From positions 1,922,001-1,986,000 of the forward strand of contig OZ374560.1 in assembly GCA_977862235.1 (NCBI GenBank): 64,000 bases of DNA. Reading direction: 5' to 3'. Position 1 is the first letter of the stretch. Each line of letters starts with the position of its first letter. The DNA comes from Dudresnaya verticillata. Taxonomy: Eukaryota. Under the pieces are notes generated by a model. That model was not told the origin of the DNA. It did not search any database and was given only the letters and a program-made list of their open reading frames with translations. Positions 1 to 12,814 of the stretch are shown in pieces. The translations under genes and the position numbers were made by a program.

Positions 1-492
1 GGCAGATTATGGTGGCGGATCTTCGCTACTGTACGCACTGCCAGCCACCCTTAATTTTAGTTAATTTTAAATCCCTTTTCGCGTGTCACGAATCTCCAAA
101 TGGCACGCTCCCTTCCCCACTTCATTTGCGGCGCACCCAGGTGTACATAGTATATTAGAGCTAGGGGCGCGCCCTCATTCACTAAACAAGCCAAGCTCGG
201 GCTCTACGACACACACCTCCCTACCCTTGACCGACACCTTCGTCGTCAGGAGGGACTCCAGTGCGTGCGTACCCCTTCTTCATCATACAGAACCCTGTTG
301 TCCCCTTTTTCCTTTGCTTTTCCGCTATTTTAGGGTTCCTCCCTTTTTCTTTCGTCTCGTGGCGTTTTACAGTCGCGCTACGGGGCAACTCCCCACGCTC
401 TACCACACCACCCCCTACTACCGCTACCCGCGGGTCCCGAACGCCCGAGGTGTGTCCTCTGTTGTTGTTTTCAGCAGTGGATTTGCACCACA
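1..492 (+). repeat. 5' LTR of element A (left end outside window)
   Basis: Matches 12936-13430 apart from about 7 substitutions and a 3-bp indel; ends TTGCACCACA. Confidence 0.95.
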
Positions 493-494
493 TT

Positions 495-512
495 TGGTCT
501 CCCGACCTAGAA
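495..512 (+). promoter_or_regulatory. Primer binding site of A, probably tRNA-Tyr
   Basis: TGGTCTCCCGACCTAGAA 2 nt after the LTR. Its complement ends GGGAG-A-CCA (G72, A73), as in eukaryotic tRNA-Tyr. Confidence 0.8.
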
Positions 513-1030
513 GTTCGGAAATTACGATTGGCTACGTTATCTACGCTACGGAACTACCGTTCTTCACATTCTACCTTCTACATACATCGCAGAATTTCTG
601 CCATGCCACTCCGTCGACAGCCGTCCTCGGCAAGGCCCGCCCCATCGCAGCCCGGAGCTGCTGTGGTTACGCGAGCTCGTGTGCAGGCATTTCCTGCGGT
701 CCAAGCCGCCTTTTCAGCAATGCCCAATGAGGGGGTTCCTCGTGCACCGCCCTCGGTGGAGATAGTACCTCCTACCCAGCCGGGGCTCTCCCGACTGGCC
801 AGGTCCAAGGTGGGCAGCCGGCATCTCCGCCTTCGCTGCCCATTCCACCATCGCCGATTTCGGCATCACTTCCGCCTATTCGGGAATGGGGTGTCATCCC
901 AAGTCATTCGGGATACACCCGTCACCACGCGGATATCCGCTCTGCCGTCTCGTCCGAACAATGTACATGGTCACCACAGAGGAACTCCTCATATCCTGAT
1001 CCGCCCCCTGCGGCGTGTCTTTCTCCATCC

Positions 1031-2440
1031 ATGCGAGGGTCTGAGACAGTCTCGTTACCTTCGGAAGACTCGACCTGGTGCTCAGCCACCTCATCACGGA
1101 CCTTCGGGTCATCACAATCGTCAAGCGACAATTTCAGCAGGTGCTATTCACCTTCAGAGTCGTCATTAGACGCCTCCATGAGGTCATCCTCCTGTTCATC
1201 CTTGTGGTGTTCCACATCTTCGGACCTGTCCAACCCGTGGTCCGATGAAGAATCAGAGATAATCTCGTTAGCCGGCTGCCGCCAAGGTGAGCCTCTCGAC
1301 GCGTACGCGATGCACCGCGGAAAACCTGAGGATTACCTCATGACGACTCAACCGGATTTCCCGGAGTACACTGGGCATGAGCTATGCAGCCAGGACTCTA
1401 AACGTTGCGAGGCCACCATGGCACCAGTGGGCATCAGATGGAGACCTGCTTCAGAAACCGGGGAAAGACCCCTTGTACCCTCGCACGTTGAACTTCAACC
1501 TTCCGAGTCACAACCTGCGGAAGTCGGCACTGCCATTGAAATGGCAACTGACATTCCGGCTCATGGCTATGAGGAAATCCTCCCATATCGCGCCCCTCGT
1601 GTCCCTACGCGGAGAATCACGAGGCATTCCTCTGTACTGACAAGGGACTATGCCCTACGACGACCCTGGAGAAGACTTCCACAGCGTGCTAAGCGGGGAA
1701 TCCGCATCATGCGTAGACGGAATGCTGCGGTCTACGCCGATTTCGGCTTATCAAAGGTGTCGGTGACACGCTCTGTCACAGTGCTAGACACTTGTTCTGG
1801 CCCGAACTTTATTCGGCAGTCGGAGCTACAACGGGTACTCCTGAAAGAAGAAGAAACAGTGCGGTACGGTCCGCTGCTAGACTACCGAGACGAACGCGGA
1901 AAGCCGCTGAATACCTTCGGGATTACCAACCTTCATGTGGTCATCGGTGACATCCATACGGAGGTTGACTTCATCGTTGTTGGAGATCTCTCCGTACCTG
2001 CCGTATTCGGCGCTGAGTTTTGTGACGAATTCGTCGAGGCCTATGGCTGGCCCGGAGAAGTGTCGAGTTAGCTTCCGGACTCTCCGTTCCAATAGTTCGG
2101 AGAATGCACAAACGCGTGCTTCGGGGACCGCCCCTTTCCAAAATCTCAGGAGTACTCTCCACTTCGCGGTCGTGTATCGCCTAAGATGCGAGTCACCCGT
2201 CCCGTTTGGCTGCGTCCGCAAACGACGACCTGGGTCGAAGTGACGGCAAAGCGTCATGGTATTCAAGTGGTAATCCCACAGTCAAGTTTCCAGAAAAAGA
2301 ACTCGTGCGCTGTTCACGCGGGCGTTGTTCAGGTTGAACCTGACAAACCCTTCCTGGTGCTTGTCACCAATTTCGGTCAGCTACCACAGAGGGTTTCTCC
2401 TCAGCAAAGCATGGGCAAACTCGCACCACATCCCAGCATA
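1031..2440 (+). pseudogene. Retroviral-type aspartic protease plus dUTPase-like domain of A (frameshifted)
   Basis: VYADFG...VLDTCSGPNFIRQSEL...FGAEFCDEFVE aligns with B's VYADIG...VLDTGAGPNFIRKSEL...LGCDFCDRFVE. ORF 2186 aligns with B's post-PR domain. Confidence 0.85.
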
Positions 2441-3249
2441 CGGTGGTCCATATCTCGTTCCCTTGCGGACCCGTTCGACGAAATGGGAATTCCCAATGTT
2501 ATAGTTCGCCTTTCTGACGGTTCTACTCTCGACGGTTTTGACTACCGGAGCATCATTGTGGGAAAGCCACTTGATACTGGGAATTCCTCACGCCGGACAG
2601 AGGTATCCAGGCAACGGCAGTGTGGTCTGAATCCACAATTATTGGGACTTTCAGATAGTCCCAACCAAAACCAGAGCGATTTCGCTACTTTGTTTACTTG
2701 GGGTGATCCCAACTTGTTCCTGCTCCCGCTTCTCAAGCAGCAGCAGAAATACATATTGTGGATGGCCACGATAATCCTGACGAGGAATCCTCGAGTTACA
2801 CATCATCGCGGAAATCCGCAAGCACCTGGGGACAAACCCTTTTCGCAGCCTCTGAATCAGAGCAATCAAGCGGAAATTGTTCCGCAGTCTACGGTGAGCG
2901 GGGGAAAGTCCCCATTCCGAAAACGGCGATAGTGCGAACGGGATTTCCCGAGGATAAAAGCGTTTGCGATGGCACTTCCCTACGGGATTACCCGACAAAG
3001 TTGGCAGCCACAAGTGGGCAATTGTCATCTGCAGATGAGTTCCGTGATGAAGTAGAATGGGCTCCTCGTGTTAGCCAATTGCAATTGGGGGAATCCCCTG
3101 TGATCCTTACTCCCGAGCCCGACCATGCTCCTCGCGATCACCAAGGCAAGTTGGATGCTTGCCGGCAGTCGGCTTTTCCTGGACGTGGTCGCAGAATTGC
3201 GAAGCGCCGGATGGGTCTACAGATCAGGGACTGCTCTCCAGGCTCGGGG

Positions 3250-5695
3250 AAAGGATTGGCTGCTGCTTTGGCCCCAAACATTGGATCCAATCAGATCCCA
3301 GGATTTGGCAACAGTCACCCTTGACCCCGGCGTGCGCACCATCGTGCGCCCCACCGATGAGACGTCGCATTTCGGCTAAGTCCCAGACAGGCTACGCGAA
3401 AAACGGATATCCGTAGATGCTGCGACTAGCCGGCAACGGCCAGGTCAGCGAGCACCTTCACATGATAGGGAAGTACCCTGAGGAGGCCGATGCGGCATAT
3501 CGTTTTCGGTTTTCCAACGGCTTCGCCTGTTCGGTTACCGGATAAGCCCGTTTCATCGCGACGCATGCGGCTTCATCCGCCAAAACTTCGCCCTCAAATG
3601 GAATCATTCCATACTTTCGCTTTACCTGCCGTGTGCAGTAGAGGAGCTCATTTAGCGAAGAAGCCAAATATCAGCGGGTCTACGCTGCGCTACGAAGTTC
3701 ATTGCTCCAGCGGAAATCCGCAGTCAAGAAACAGCGCAACAAATCGCCTCCGATAACTTCACCCCGCGGGGGCCCGCCCATCCGGATGGCTTCGTGCGCA
3801 ATTGCACCACCCAGGCGTGATTTCGCAACAACACCGCGGATGGCCCGCAAACCGCTCACCCCGGTTCCGGTGCAGCTTCTGGAACATCCAGTCAAGTCCC
3901 CACTACGCGGGACTCCGCTCTCCAGGAACCGCCGTAAGGCGCTTTCAGAAGAAGCCGCCGAATTTCGGCAACTCTGGCGTCGCCCGCATCGCGGCATGAC
4001 ACGCTGCAAGAGGATCTCCCTCACCCACCTGGGCCGGATGTCGCGCTGATACAAGCGCCAGGCCATAATGCGGACACCCCGCAACACGACGAATATGTCA
4101 TTGAAAAAGTGGTAAGCCACGGATATTTTGATACAGAACTTCCGTTTGAGATCGAGTGGTACGGATGCCCGTTCGCGCCGCAGACATGGAAACCCATTCA
4201 CAACTTGCCGCGGAGTCAAACCGCATCCTATCATAACATAAAGCGGCTTGGTGTACCCGCTACGATGAGTGTGGCCATGACGGGATAAATCCACGGCGAT
4301 ACTCATGCAGGGCATCTGCTCAGTTCGAATCGTTGCGGACTTAGCCGCGTTGGGGAGATGGACGAGCAACTGCAATGTACCAGTCGTCCCAGCGACTCGG
4401 GGACTGTACGCCAAGATTGTGACTGCGATTGGCTGCCCTTTAGCCAAAATTAATTTTAGCCAATCAGGCGCCGGAATTTCGGCAGCAGTCACCCTCGGTG
4501 GTGTCGAGCTCGGTATCAGTCGCTCCACCGACAAAAAGTCGAATTTCGACTAAGTGCCCGACTGCAGTACCCATGGGTATGCCCGAAACGGAATTCCGTA
4601 ATGACTACCCCGAGCCACCAACGGCAATGAGCATCCGCCCCCCCATGGATTGGGGGACGCCTTTGCGCAGGTCGTGCACGAGAAGTGGAATCCCACATCG
4701 CGGAACGTTCGCATCAAAACCGACGCGACGCTCCTACCAATCTAATGTGCGGCGTCCCGCAGAACCCATTAATGAAATCACATGGGGGAACACCCCTATA
4801 AAGGCCTCAGTACACAAACCGCTGTTGCCTCCTCAGAGTCGTCTACGGCTGAATCTACAAAGGAAATTATGCCTAAAACGGAATTCCGTGATCGCTAAGC
4901 TGAGCCATCGATGGCCTTTCGTACACCCCAATTGGGGTACCGTTAACGGTAGGAGAATGCCCTCACACACGCGGCGCGTGCCGCCACATCGTTCACAAAA
5001 AGTGGTATCCCACACGACAGGGCGTCCGCGACCAAGCCAATAGGCATCAACCGGTATCGATTGGCATCAATATCGCGCGGCATTCCGCTCCTCTAGACGA
5101 CGCCCCGTCTCACTCCGTCGAATTCGACTAGGTATTGGCGGACCCACTTGGGCTCGCCCTACCACTCGACTGCGTGGGGAGAAACTGACCTTGGTGGGTT
5201 AGCGCACAAGTACTCCTTCTGCAGATACCTGCTGAGGCTAAATTGGCGTGGCCAGACCACAAAGAGAAGACGGTGCCACAGTGCGGACAGCCTCTGTCAA
5301 TTGCGTACTGTACGCCATACTTCAGACTGCGATTGGGTGCCGTTTGAACAAATTTCTTTTTTTAGCCAATCAGATGCTGGAATTTAAGGGCCTGCTACCC
5401 TGGGTGATGTCGAGCTCGGCATAAGCCGCTTCACCGACACAAAGTCGATTTTCGACTAAGTGCCTGACTCGGTATGCGGAAAACGGATATCCGTAGCCCT
5501 TCCCTTAATCTGGCAACGTCCAGATCCGCATCCACTCCGACACGATGGGGAAGTCCCCTGAGAAAGCCGATATGGCGTATCGCCGATGGTTTCCCAATGG
5601 CGTGCGTTTTTCAGCGTCTGCTCAAGTGCAGTTCGGGACCTACCCGTTTGCCAAAGATGCATGCAGTTTAACCTACAAGTTTAATGGAATCATTC
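3250..5695. repeat. Three diverged internal repeat units in A (starting about 3250, 4425, 5330) plus a ~290-bp sub-duplication (4580/4870)
   Basis: Shared blocks GATTGG..CCAATCAG, GTCG.A/TTTTCG.CTAAGT, AAACGGA(T/A)(A/T)TCCGT and ATGGAATCATTC recur in the same order. Confidence 0.75.
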
Positions 5696-6361
5696 TGTGG
5701 TGCAACGGCCAGGCGCGCCGGGGCCGGGGTTGAAATACTCCTTTTCGCGCGCCCGGCGAACCGCCACCGCATACCCCGCACGCGTCCGCCGACGACGCAT
5801 GCGTGCCGCCCCCTTATTTGGTGCCACGTGGACACGCGCCACTCTACAGTACAAGCGCTGACCGCGGTGGCGCGACACTTGGCGGACGTCAGGTACACTG
5901 GAGAGAGGCATAGTGGTGTAAGTAGTGGTTTAGTGTACAGTAGCCCTAGATGGCGCCGTCGCCGTCGGGGACTTAAGGCACAGGCACCCCCTCACACAGT
6001 AAAGCCCAACCAAGCTTCGGCTCCACACTTAGGGTACCCCCTTCCTCCGTGCTTTTGGCAAGTGACGCCATCGCGGAACTGGGCTACGTACGCCTGTGGT
6101 GCCTACACCTTTCTCTCAGTGTTCTCACGTTCGCCCGCGCGCTCACGCTCTACGGGTGTTTGGTTGTTTGTTGTTGTTCGTGTGAGCACGTGCTTCGTGG
6201 GTGTTTACAGTCCACCCACGCGGGCACCCCAGACCTACTGCCGTCACCGGCACGCTCTACCACTACCGCCTTCGCGCCTTTACGGCGTGATCGCCTGTTA
6301 CCCGCCCACGTCCGGACACGTGGGGCCGTGTGTGCATCCGCTCATCGAGGATTGCACTACA
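5696..6361 (+). repeat. 5' LTR of element B
   Basis: TGTGGTGCAA...TTGCACTACA termini, followed by a PBS. Confidence 0.85.
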
Positions 6362-6367
6362 CATTTC

Positions 6368-6385
6368 TGGTCTCCCGACCTAGAA
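6368..6385 (+). promoter_or_regulatory. PBS of B (same 18-mer as A)
   Basis: TGGTCTCCCGACCTAGAA. Confidence 0.85.
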
Positions 6386-6506
6386 TCTACCCATCCGGAA
6401 GTGCCCTTCAAATAGACGGGCTCTCCCGCATTTCTACTCTACACGGCCAGCCGTTCGATTGGCTGGTCCTTTTACATCTGCTTCCAGAAAATCTGCCGCC
6501 GTCGGC

Positions 6507-9306
6507 ATGGTAAAGCCGAAAGCGGCCAGTCGGAAGACGAAGTCGCTCACTTCTGAGCCTCGAAGATCGCTTCGGTTCACGGAAGACCCGCCACGCGGTG
6601 CCGGCCCGAGCCAGTCCATTGGCGAACTCTTCAGCCGCTCGACAGGCTCCGGCGCAGCCACTCGTCGTTCGGGTAATCCCACGCAGCCGTCGGCACGTTC
6701 TCGTAACGTCCCACGCCAGACGCCCCCAGAGGTACAGGTCACGCTGGCTACTACAGCCACGAAGATGTCCTACACGGGAGCACCCGCGGTCCAAACCGCC
6801 AACACGGGGTCCTCCCCTTCGGAGCCTTCTCCTTCGTTGGCGCCCTCCACTTCGGCCGCAGCGCCATCGATATCCACGGGTTTACCCGCTCCAGCCTCGA
6901 CTGCCACGGCACTTTTGTTGTCGGCAACAGTGGCTCCTGAGTCCACGCTTACCGCGCCGCTACAGGAAGCCGCGGACGGCATGGACTTGGCGGAAGAACC
7001 GCAACGTGGCGCACCGTTGTCCGAAAGGGCGTCGACTGCCGCACTCGTTCACGAGACACCCGCCCCTAGTGGCGCGCGGGTTAGCCCGAGTCGCTCTCCT
7101 CCACCCTCTCCGTAACCGGAGGGGCCGACTGACCCGGTCCGCGACCATTCAGTGGGTAATCCCAACGGCGCCGCCGTTCATGTCGCTTCAGGGCTCACCC
7201 TTCCCAGGGCGGCTATCCGCGACATCTGCGTGTCTCAGGACGCTATCCTAGTGGATAACCTGACGCAACGCCTGGAGACTGCGTTAACGCAATGCATGGA
7301 GACATGCCGCGACGAGATCGCAGGAGTTAACTCCAGATTCCAACACCTGGACGGCCAACTCACCGCGCTTAACACCCGCGTTGACGCCTGTGCCGCCGGG
7401 CACTGCCCCCATGGCGATCACGCCCATCACAACGAGGTCAATCGCGAGCTCCGCACGCTTCGCGCTGACGTTAACCGTCTGCTGGAGGAGCGTGCTGGGG
7501 CCCGACCCCATGGCCCGCAACGCGGAGGCTCACCCCGTGGAGGGTGGATACCTTCTTCGGCCGTACACGCCGGGCCCTGGGCAAGTCGCAAGCCCAGAAC
7601 GTAATGGGCGTACCCAAGGGGAACGCGACGAACTAGTCCCCGTTGCCGACGAACACGAATACGACTACGTCGTACCTGTTGGGACGGATCTCCGTATCCT
7701 GGATGCTGGGCACCGCCGGAGCGAGGCTCGCCGGGCCCGCGAACACCGCTCCAAGAGTGGGCGTGGCCGGCGAGGACACTCGAAAGGGAAGAAGGGGCGC
7801 TCTCGCCGTCATCACGACGGGGACTCGTCCCCTTCCTCCTCGTCATCGGGAGATAGCTACTCAAGTTCGGAATCATCCGATAGCGAGTTCGAGGATCGCC
7901 CCTCGTCTCGCAGCAATACGCGTAAACGCGGTAAGAAGTACAGGGGGTTGAAAGAGATTAAGTCCTCAAACCCCCTGTTCGACCGGCTGCTGTCCTATGG
8001 GACATATCGTCTGGCCGACACTTCCCAACGCCGTTCCAGCCGGCAGACCGGTAAGGTCAAGGACCAGATCAAGCGTCTGGAACTGACCCTTCGCGATTGC
8101 GCGTTCACTGGGGAAGACCCCGTGCTTATCCTGGACTTCCTCGCGAGGTTCGTCGACGAGGCCGACACCTTGGAAATGAATGAAGCACAGGCTTACATCG
8201 CCCTCCCGTACTTCCTGCGCGGGACGGCGGCGCAACAGTTCCGCTCCGTGCGGGGAGCGTCGTCGCAAGCTGAAGGAGGGATCCACGCTTGGCCCGAGGC
8301 CGTGCAGTACTTACTGCGCACCTACGCGACTCCGAGTGCGATCCGTGAGGCTACCCTCGCCCTTCGTGCGATCACGCAACGCCAAGGGGAGCGCGAAACG
8401 GCCTTCGCTATGCGCCTCTCCAAGGGTTGTCACCGCTGCGGCAATGTGTACCCCGCCTGGGAAAAGATGACTCTCTTCATCGACGGCTTGGACCCGGTGA
8501 TCCGTTCCCTGGTCGCACGTTTCCGCAAGGAAACGTCGCGCGGACTCACCTTCGAGCGTCTGGTGCACTTCGCACAAGACGAAGGTGACGCCCAACGCTC
8601 TAGAACCATGGGAACTCGGGCCCGACCTGGGGTTGTCCCCGCTTCGCCAACAACGGCACGTGCCCGCCTCCCGCCCTCTACGGCGCGGGGCCGCAGCCAA
8701 GCACTGCTCGCGGAGTCCTCAGTTGAGTTCCGTGACCGCAGTGACCGCGCTCCGGTCGAGGCACACGATGCCGACGGTGATCTACACCTGTCGGATTCGG
8801 GTTCGTCCTCGTTACCCACAACGGAGTTGCCGACGGGCACCGACACCGTCACGGAGACGGACGCGGCCCTTGCGATGAGGCACGTACCCGCCCCGCGGGT
8901 CGCCTTTCAGGAGCACTCTCCAGGGTTTGAACGGGCGCGTCCCGGATGGATGGACCGTCGCCCCGTCCGCGCGCTTCAGCGCCCGACGATGGGGCGAGGA
9001 CCCGGTGTGATCTGTCACGCCTGCTTCGGGCGCGGTCACTACGCGAGTGAGTGCACGTTGACTCACCGTGACCGCTCGCAGATCATCATCAACTTCGAGG
9101 CGTTGACCGATGAGGAGCAAGCCTCAGTCCCGGCGCACAACTATGCGGAGCAGTTGCACATCCGTCAGTTGGCCCGGGATAACCAGAATGGCCCGCCGCG
9201 GCAACGCCCGCGTTCGCCGGGCCCACCCGCTGCACAGGCGTTCGAACGCCACCCGACGGCGCTCCGTCGGCACTCGCCCGCGGCACCCCGCGAGGCGAAA
9301 AACTAG
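6507..9306 (+). pseudogene. gag: Gag of B, in three frameshifted pieces (ORFs 6459, 7152, 7381)
   Basis: Coiled-coil segment, capsid-like FTGEDPVLILDFL...QRQGERETAF, zinc knuckle CHACFGRGHYASEC. Confidence 0.88.
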
Positions 9307-12204
9307 GACAGGTTCTGCCCCTCCAGGCAGGGGAGTCACCTCCCCGTCTTGCGACAGGGGGGCGACGGAGGCCGCCGAACCCGTCCTAATGGAGCCTACT
9401 CCCTTTTCTGGGGTTAACCCCACAGTGCGCGGGCACGCTCAGCTTAAGGAGCCGTCTCGACCGTACCGGCCCCCTCACTTGCGTGATCGCGTCTTCTTCA
9501 TGGCCAAGCGGAACTACAAGGTGTATGCCGACATCGGCAGTCACCCCGCGGCCATAACGCGTAAGTTGAGTGTTCTGGATACCGGGGCAGGCCCCAACTT
9601 CATTCGGAAATCCGAACTGCCGCACTCCGCATTGGAGGCGCTACGCACGGGTTTTATCCCGACGATCGCCGACGCGAACAACAACGCGATCCAGACGTCC
9701 GGCACCCTTGCCCTCGTGGTACGCCTAGGCCGCCGCGTCGTGAAGCTCGACTTCATTGTCTGCGACCGGCTTGCGGCTCCCGTGATCCTCGGCTGCGACT
9801 TCTGTGATCGCTTCGTAGAGTCGATCCATCGGCGGTCACGCGAGGTCGAGATGGACGACGGCACGGTCGTACCTATTGTCCGTCGCCCTCTGGCTCAACC
9901 ACAGTCACCGTCGCCTCCCCAGCGGTTAACCGCAGAAGATTTGGAGCCCAGTGCTCTCAAGGGGCGTTTATCGCCGAATATTCGGATTGCCGAAAAGGTA
10001 TCGATACCGGAAAGGTCGCAGAGATGGGTTAACGTCACGTCCGAACGGGCGGGAGCCATTTGCATCCAGCCCTGCGACTCCACCTATCAGCGCCACGGCG
10101 TCCTCGCCACGAATGGGATTGCCCAAGTCATTCCAAACGAGGCATTTCGTATCCTCGTCGCGAACTTTTCCGCGACTCCGCGTTTGCTCCCCAAGGGTCA
10201 GGTCATCGCCACCGCCTTGCCGCACCCCACTGCTGTCATCCCCAGCCACTTACAGCTGAGTGACGTGCTGGGCATCGCGACGACCGAATGGGACAAGCTC
10301 CTCAACGTTAACGTGGAAGACACGACTAAGTCGGGTGAACCCGCAGCCGCCCCGCCGGTGGCCCCAGGTACAGAACCGGAGAAGCCCCCATCGGTCGAGG
10401 ACGTCGACCTGAGCCACTTGCCCGAAGACCACAGGGAGCGCGTCAGGCGGCTCCTTAACAAGTTCTCGTCCATGTGGGATGGTTCCCTCGGTGAAATCAC
10501 CACAACGGAGCACTGCATCGACCTCCTCCCCGGTGCGCGTCCGTTCGCGTCGCCACCGTATCGGGCCGGCCCGCGGCAACGCCAGCTAGCCCAGGACGAG
10601 GTAGACCGCATGCTTCGCAACGGCGTCATTGAGCCTGCTCAATCGCCGTGGGCTTCGCCCGTGGTGTTTGCACCGAAGAAGGACGGCACGCTCCGCTTCT
10701 GCGTGGACTACCGGCGCATCAACGCCATGACCGTTCGGGACACTTACCCGCTCCCCCGGATCGACGAGTGCATCGACTCGCTGGGGGAAGCCAACGCGTT
10801 TACCACGCTCGATTGTAATAGCGGGTATTGGCAAATACCAATCGCCAAGCGTGATCGCGACAAGACAGCCTTCACTTGCCATGCGGGTCTCTTCTGCTTC
10901 AAGCGCATGGCATTTGGGTTAACCAACGCACCGGCGACTTTCCAACGTACCCTCGACATTTTGTTGGTCGGATACAAGTGGAAGTCCTGCTTGGTGTACC
11001 TGGATGATGTGATCATCTTCTCTAAGGACATTGAATCCCACTATCAACATGTGGAGGAGATCCTCACGGCGCTTCAGCGCGCAAGAGTCACGCTCAAGTT
11101 GAAGAAGTGCGACCTCTTCACGGACACCGTGACCTACCTCGGCCATGTTAATAAGCCGGGCAAGTTAGCGGTTGACCGCACAGTGACGGCCGCACTCCAT
11201 GAGGCGCGGCATCCGCGAACACAGAAGCAACTCCGTTCCTTCTTGGGGTTGTGTAACGTCTATCGACGTTTCGTCCCCAACTACTCGCACATCGCTGCAC
11301 CCCTCAACCAGCTGTTGAAAAAGGAGCAACCTCCAGACCTTCCGCAGTTCGACTGCACCCAAGACGCGGCTTTCCGCAAACTCATCAAGCTCGTCACCAA
11401 GCCGCCAGTCCTCGCGTTACCGCAACCCGGTCTGCCGTACTCGATGGACACGGACGCTAGCGACTATCAGGTGGGGTGCGCGTTGTTCCAGACGCACCCC
11501 GACGGCAGCCGCAAGCCGCTTGGGTTTTGGTCCCGATCGCTGAATGCAGCAGAGCGGAACTACTCCGTGTCCGAGAAGGAAGGCCTCGCGGTCGTCTGGG
11601 GTGTGACCACCCTCCGCCCTTATCTCCAAATGGAGTCCTTCGTGGTACACACGGATCATTCCTCTCTCCGCTGGCTGATGGAGATCAACGACCCCTCCGG
11701 CCGCTTGATGAGATGGCGCTTACGCCTTTCTGAGTTCGACTTCCAGGTGGTGTACAAAAAGGGCCACCTGAACACTCAAGCCGACGCGTTATCGCGCTTA
11801 CACACTCTCGGCGAGACCACGGTCGACATCGATGAAGATGTGCCGTGTTACCACGCCGAGATTCGGGATTCACCCACTGACGCCTGCAGCGGCACGTTCG
11901 ACTGCGCCCACTGCGACTATGGCGAGTTCCTCGCTGACGAGTATGATGCCTTCGATCAGCTCCTCTTGGAGCACCCGCCGAAAGTCTCGGACGCAATGCT
12001 CGCCCGCATCACGACGGAGGAACTCCTCAATGCCCAGTTTGGGGATGTGTTCTGTTCACAGATCCGCTCCCGTCTTAACGGGGGGAGGGGTTACCCTTTG
12101 CCGTAGACGCGGACGGAATTCTTGTTCGGCTCGTAGAGGCACGGACGCAGATCGTCATTCCGTACGCGCTTCACGCGAGAGTGTTGCACCTGGGCCATCA
12201 CTCG
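9297..12204 (+). pseudogene. pol: Pol of B: PR, dUTPase-like, RT, RNase H, start of IN
   Basis: LDTGAG; RFCVDYRRIN, YPLPRID, GYWQIP, YLDDV; DTDASD, TDHSSL, QADALSR. Confidence 0.96.
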
Positions 12205-12797
12205 AACTGTAATGTGCTTACAGTGGTCCGGGCGGTCCACTGGAGGACCAATCGGGGCACAATAAGGACCAATCGGTCCCCCTCGTGGACCGATTTGAGG
12301 AAACTGCTTGCGCATGAAAAGGAAGGTTTCGTAAGCACGAGTGCAACGAGAGGTTGTGCGGTACAAGCCGTCTACCAGCCGACACCATCTGGTGATGCCG
12401 ACAATAAGTTTAGAAGTCGTATTGCGACATGAGAAAATGGCACTATTGCAGTATGTGCCTGCTGAGGGACACGAGGCAATATTAAGTGGTATACCCGCAT
12501 GGTGTTGCGCATGTGCATCCAAGCACACGATGCAAAGCCGGGAACCCCACCCTCTGAAATACCGAGGGTCGCGCCAGTTGCTCCCAAGCTCCGAAGGCGT
12601 ATTGCGGTTCATCCGCTTGCAGTACTCACATCGCCATGATGACCAACGCCGGAAGCAGACAATGCAAATTCGCGAACCGGACGGGGAAGTCCCCCATTTT
12701 CGAAATGATCCCCCTATTTACTCATAGGGGCGAGTTCAGACCGCGGAAGTCCGCATTCAAAATGGAATTTAGTGGTTTGGGCTCGCAGGGGCTCACC

Positions 12798-12814
12798 TCT
12801 TAACGGGGGGGAAA
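12798..12814 (+). promoter_or_regulatory. Polypurine tract of A
   Basis: TCTTAACGGGGGGGAAA abutting the TGTGG start of the 3' LTR. Confidence 0.85.

Larger units (their letters stand above)
5696..12204 (+). mobile_element. Element B: Ty3/Gypsy retrotransposon, 3'-truncated at the start of integrase, nested in A
   Basis: LTR, PBS, gag, PR-RT-RH; homology stops after ...IVIPYALHARVLHLGHHS. No second LTR. Confidence 0.92.

Noticed and set aside
83..1169. ORFs starting inside LTRs, and the many Arg/Ala/Pro-rich shadow ORFs across the window
   Set aside because: They cross element boundaries or lie opposite real pol frames; expected from high GC content.
3680..4534. 284-aa minus-strand ORF in A as a real gene
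   Set aside because: No recognisable motif, and the paralogous unit near 5330-5460 has a stop in the equivalent frame.
12205..12797. New LTR beginning TGTAATG at about 12208
   Set aside because: No matching terminus, partner copy or TSD; treated as A's 3' internal region after a deletion.
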